DNA of 64,000 bases from Camelus ferus (Eukaryota): contig NC_045697.1 of NCBI RefSeq assembly GCF_009834535.1, positions 51,834,001 to 51,898,000 of the forward strand, written 5' to 3'. The stretch's first letter is position 1. Every line of letters starts with the position of its first letter. The notes beneath the pieces are model-generated. The model did no database searches. It was not told the DNA's origin and was given only the letters and a program-made list of their open reading frames with translations. The translations under genes were made by a program, and so were the position numbers. Below, piece after piece: positions 62,312 through 64,000 of the stretch.

Positions 62312-63988
62312 ACATAGGTGTGCAGGATTCAAAATTATTTACAAATGCATTATTCTGTAGTTTTTGTTGGTCGTTTCTCCCAACTGTTCCTTCTTTAAAA
62401 CAAGAAATATTCAAAACTGGCGTTTTAATTTTTGGTGAGACCTGAGTTGGTTCATTATTGCATGAGGGAAAATATCATTTGGCAAGTTTGAATTTGCTCT
62501 GTATTAGGGGATGAGAAGAATAAAGATTTTAATAAAATGCACTAAATTAAGGAATAATATCAGAATCATTTGCCATATTTATGTTGGCACATTCGTTCTG
62601 ATATTTTGGTTGCTGTCATGCTGTGTGCCCCTTTCTACCTTTTTTAGTGCATTTTAAGTTCTTTGACTGAGCAGCAAGCACATCTGGATTTGACTAGTCT
62701 CATGAAATTTTTCCTGATGTCTGTATGTGTCCAGTTTCTGACTGGCACATGCAGATCCATTTTCTGCATGTTTTCTGTTTATTATCTGCAAATTGTTCCT
62801 GTTTATAATTTCCAAAAAAAAGATTCTTTTCCTCTTTTATAAGAGGATCATGTAGAAATGTCACTGTAAAGGGGTTTATATTCAAAGTGAATGTACAAAT
62901 GTAAATGCAGCTTTCACATATTTCTTGAGCTATTAAAGCACTAAGAAGATTTCTGAAACTAACTCATCTGTCAAACCTATGAAAATTTATCGTAAATTAT
63001 CTTTTTTGACATATGTAACTTTAAAAAATTGATTGTTTCATGGTGTTTCATAGACTTTTTCTTTTTAGAATTTAAAGTATATTCACTACCAGATTCCATA
63101 ATAGCCTCGCTGTATAGCTGTAGTTCTTTCTCCAGTAATTGAAATGCCCTATTTTTTATTCTAGAATTTTTCTTTGGAAAAATTAGACTAGTTTAAAATC
63201 TCAAGAGAAACAAATGCATTTACCTAAAATTACTCATATTTTCTACACGTTGTCAGTAATGGTAATAACTTTTAAAATTTTATTTTCTAATTTATCAGTA
63301 AATGCTGATGCACCTCCAAAATTTAAAAGCCTGTTGGTTATTTTTTTATCCATTAGAGAAAACATTTTATTTTATAATACATAGTACATATATAATATAT
63401 TGCAAGTTCTATCACCAGTAAAGAGCATTTCCTAGCTATATAAGTAGGAATTCTACTGTGGCCTTAGAATTTCACAATCATAAGGAATAGTGTTTGTTGG
63501 CCTAAACAGTAGTTCAACTATTTTGAGTACCTATAATATTTTGACTTAACTTGAAAGAGATACACAGTAAAAAAAAAAAAAAAAAGACATTATGGTATAC
63601 ACTGTCCTAGTATAAATCATGTGTATTAATTGTTGTTGAAGTAACCATTATTTTAAAAATACTTCCAGCTTTCTGAGGAAATAGGATGAATAAATTAGAA
63701 ACTGTTAACCCCTTTGGCAGTGTTTTCAAATGGGAATATTTGTTAATTTTTATCTCCTCTTCAACCATCTTGCCACTGTTTTTAACTAGTTAGCAATACT
63801 TCCTGAGAATTTTGAATGCCTAATGAAGGGAACGGGAAGGACATGGGAAAATGACTCTCATTTGGATTGCTTTGATGCTAATAAATATGGTCTTTCATTT
63901 ATAGAAGGGTTTAGACTTACTATGGATCTTCAAAGCTGTAATATAAGAAAATAAAATGGATGCCGGTTACTCATTTTTCTTCCTTTAG

Positions 63989-64000
63989 CAATTAAGAATC
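63989..64000 (+). CDS. ADAMTS3: ADAMTS3 exon ~17, 5' end only (window truncated)
   Basis: tttttcttcctttag|CA ATT AAG AAT C = (A)IKN(Q), continuing phase 1 from either exon 16. Confidence 0.92.

Overview
Mammalian genomic DNA, almost certainly camelid (two Vic-1-type tRNA-derived SINEs). It covers the middle of ADAMTS3 (procollagen N-proteinase / pro-VEGF-C activating metalloprotease) on the + strand. Thirteen canonical GT-AG coding exons (about exon 5 to the start of exon 17; numbering is recalled from human and unverified) splice into one open frame. That frame runs from the end of the prodomain through the furin site RRRR, the catalytic domain (HETGHVLGMEHD), the disintegrin-like domain, TSR1 and the Cys-rich region to the start of the spacer. 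The top finding is an extra 84-nt exon at 60681-60764, absent from the ORF track. It is a diverged paralogue of the 81-nt exon at 62054-62134, with the same phase and a similar motif, so the two form a candidate mutually exclusive exon pair that would swap the start of the spacer domain. The downstream exon has a distant branch point with an AG-free zone and a perfect 38-bp hairpin just after it. Intron 5 holds a three-element L1 nest (22.2-30.2 kb). It includes an ORF1-only, ORF2-deleted (possibly spliced) L1 and three candidate 3' transductions. The rest is ordinary intronic repeat content (MIR, L2, MaLR/ERV LTRs, Tigger/hAT MITEs, microsatellites). There are no prokaryotic features, and most listed ORFs are spurious or L1-derived. 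Repeat subfamily names and human-protein comparisons are from memory and need RepeatMasker/BLAST confirmation.
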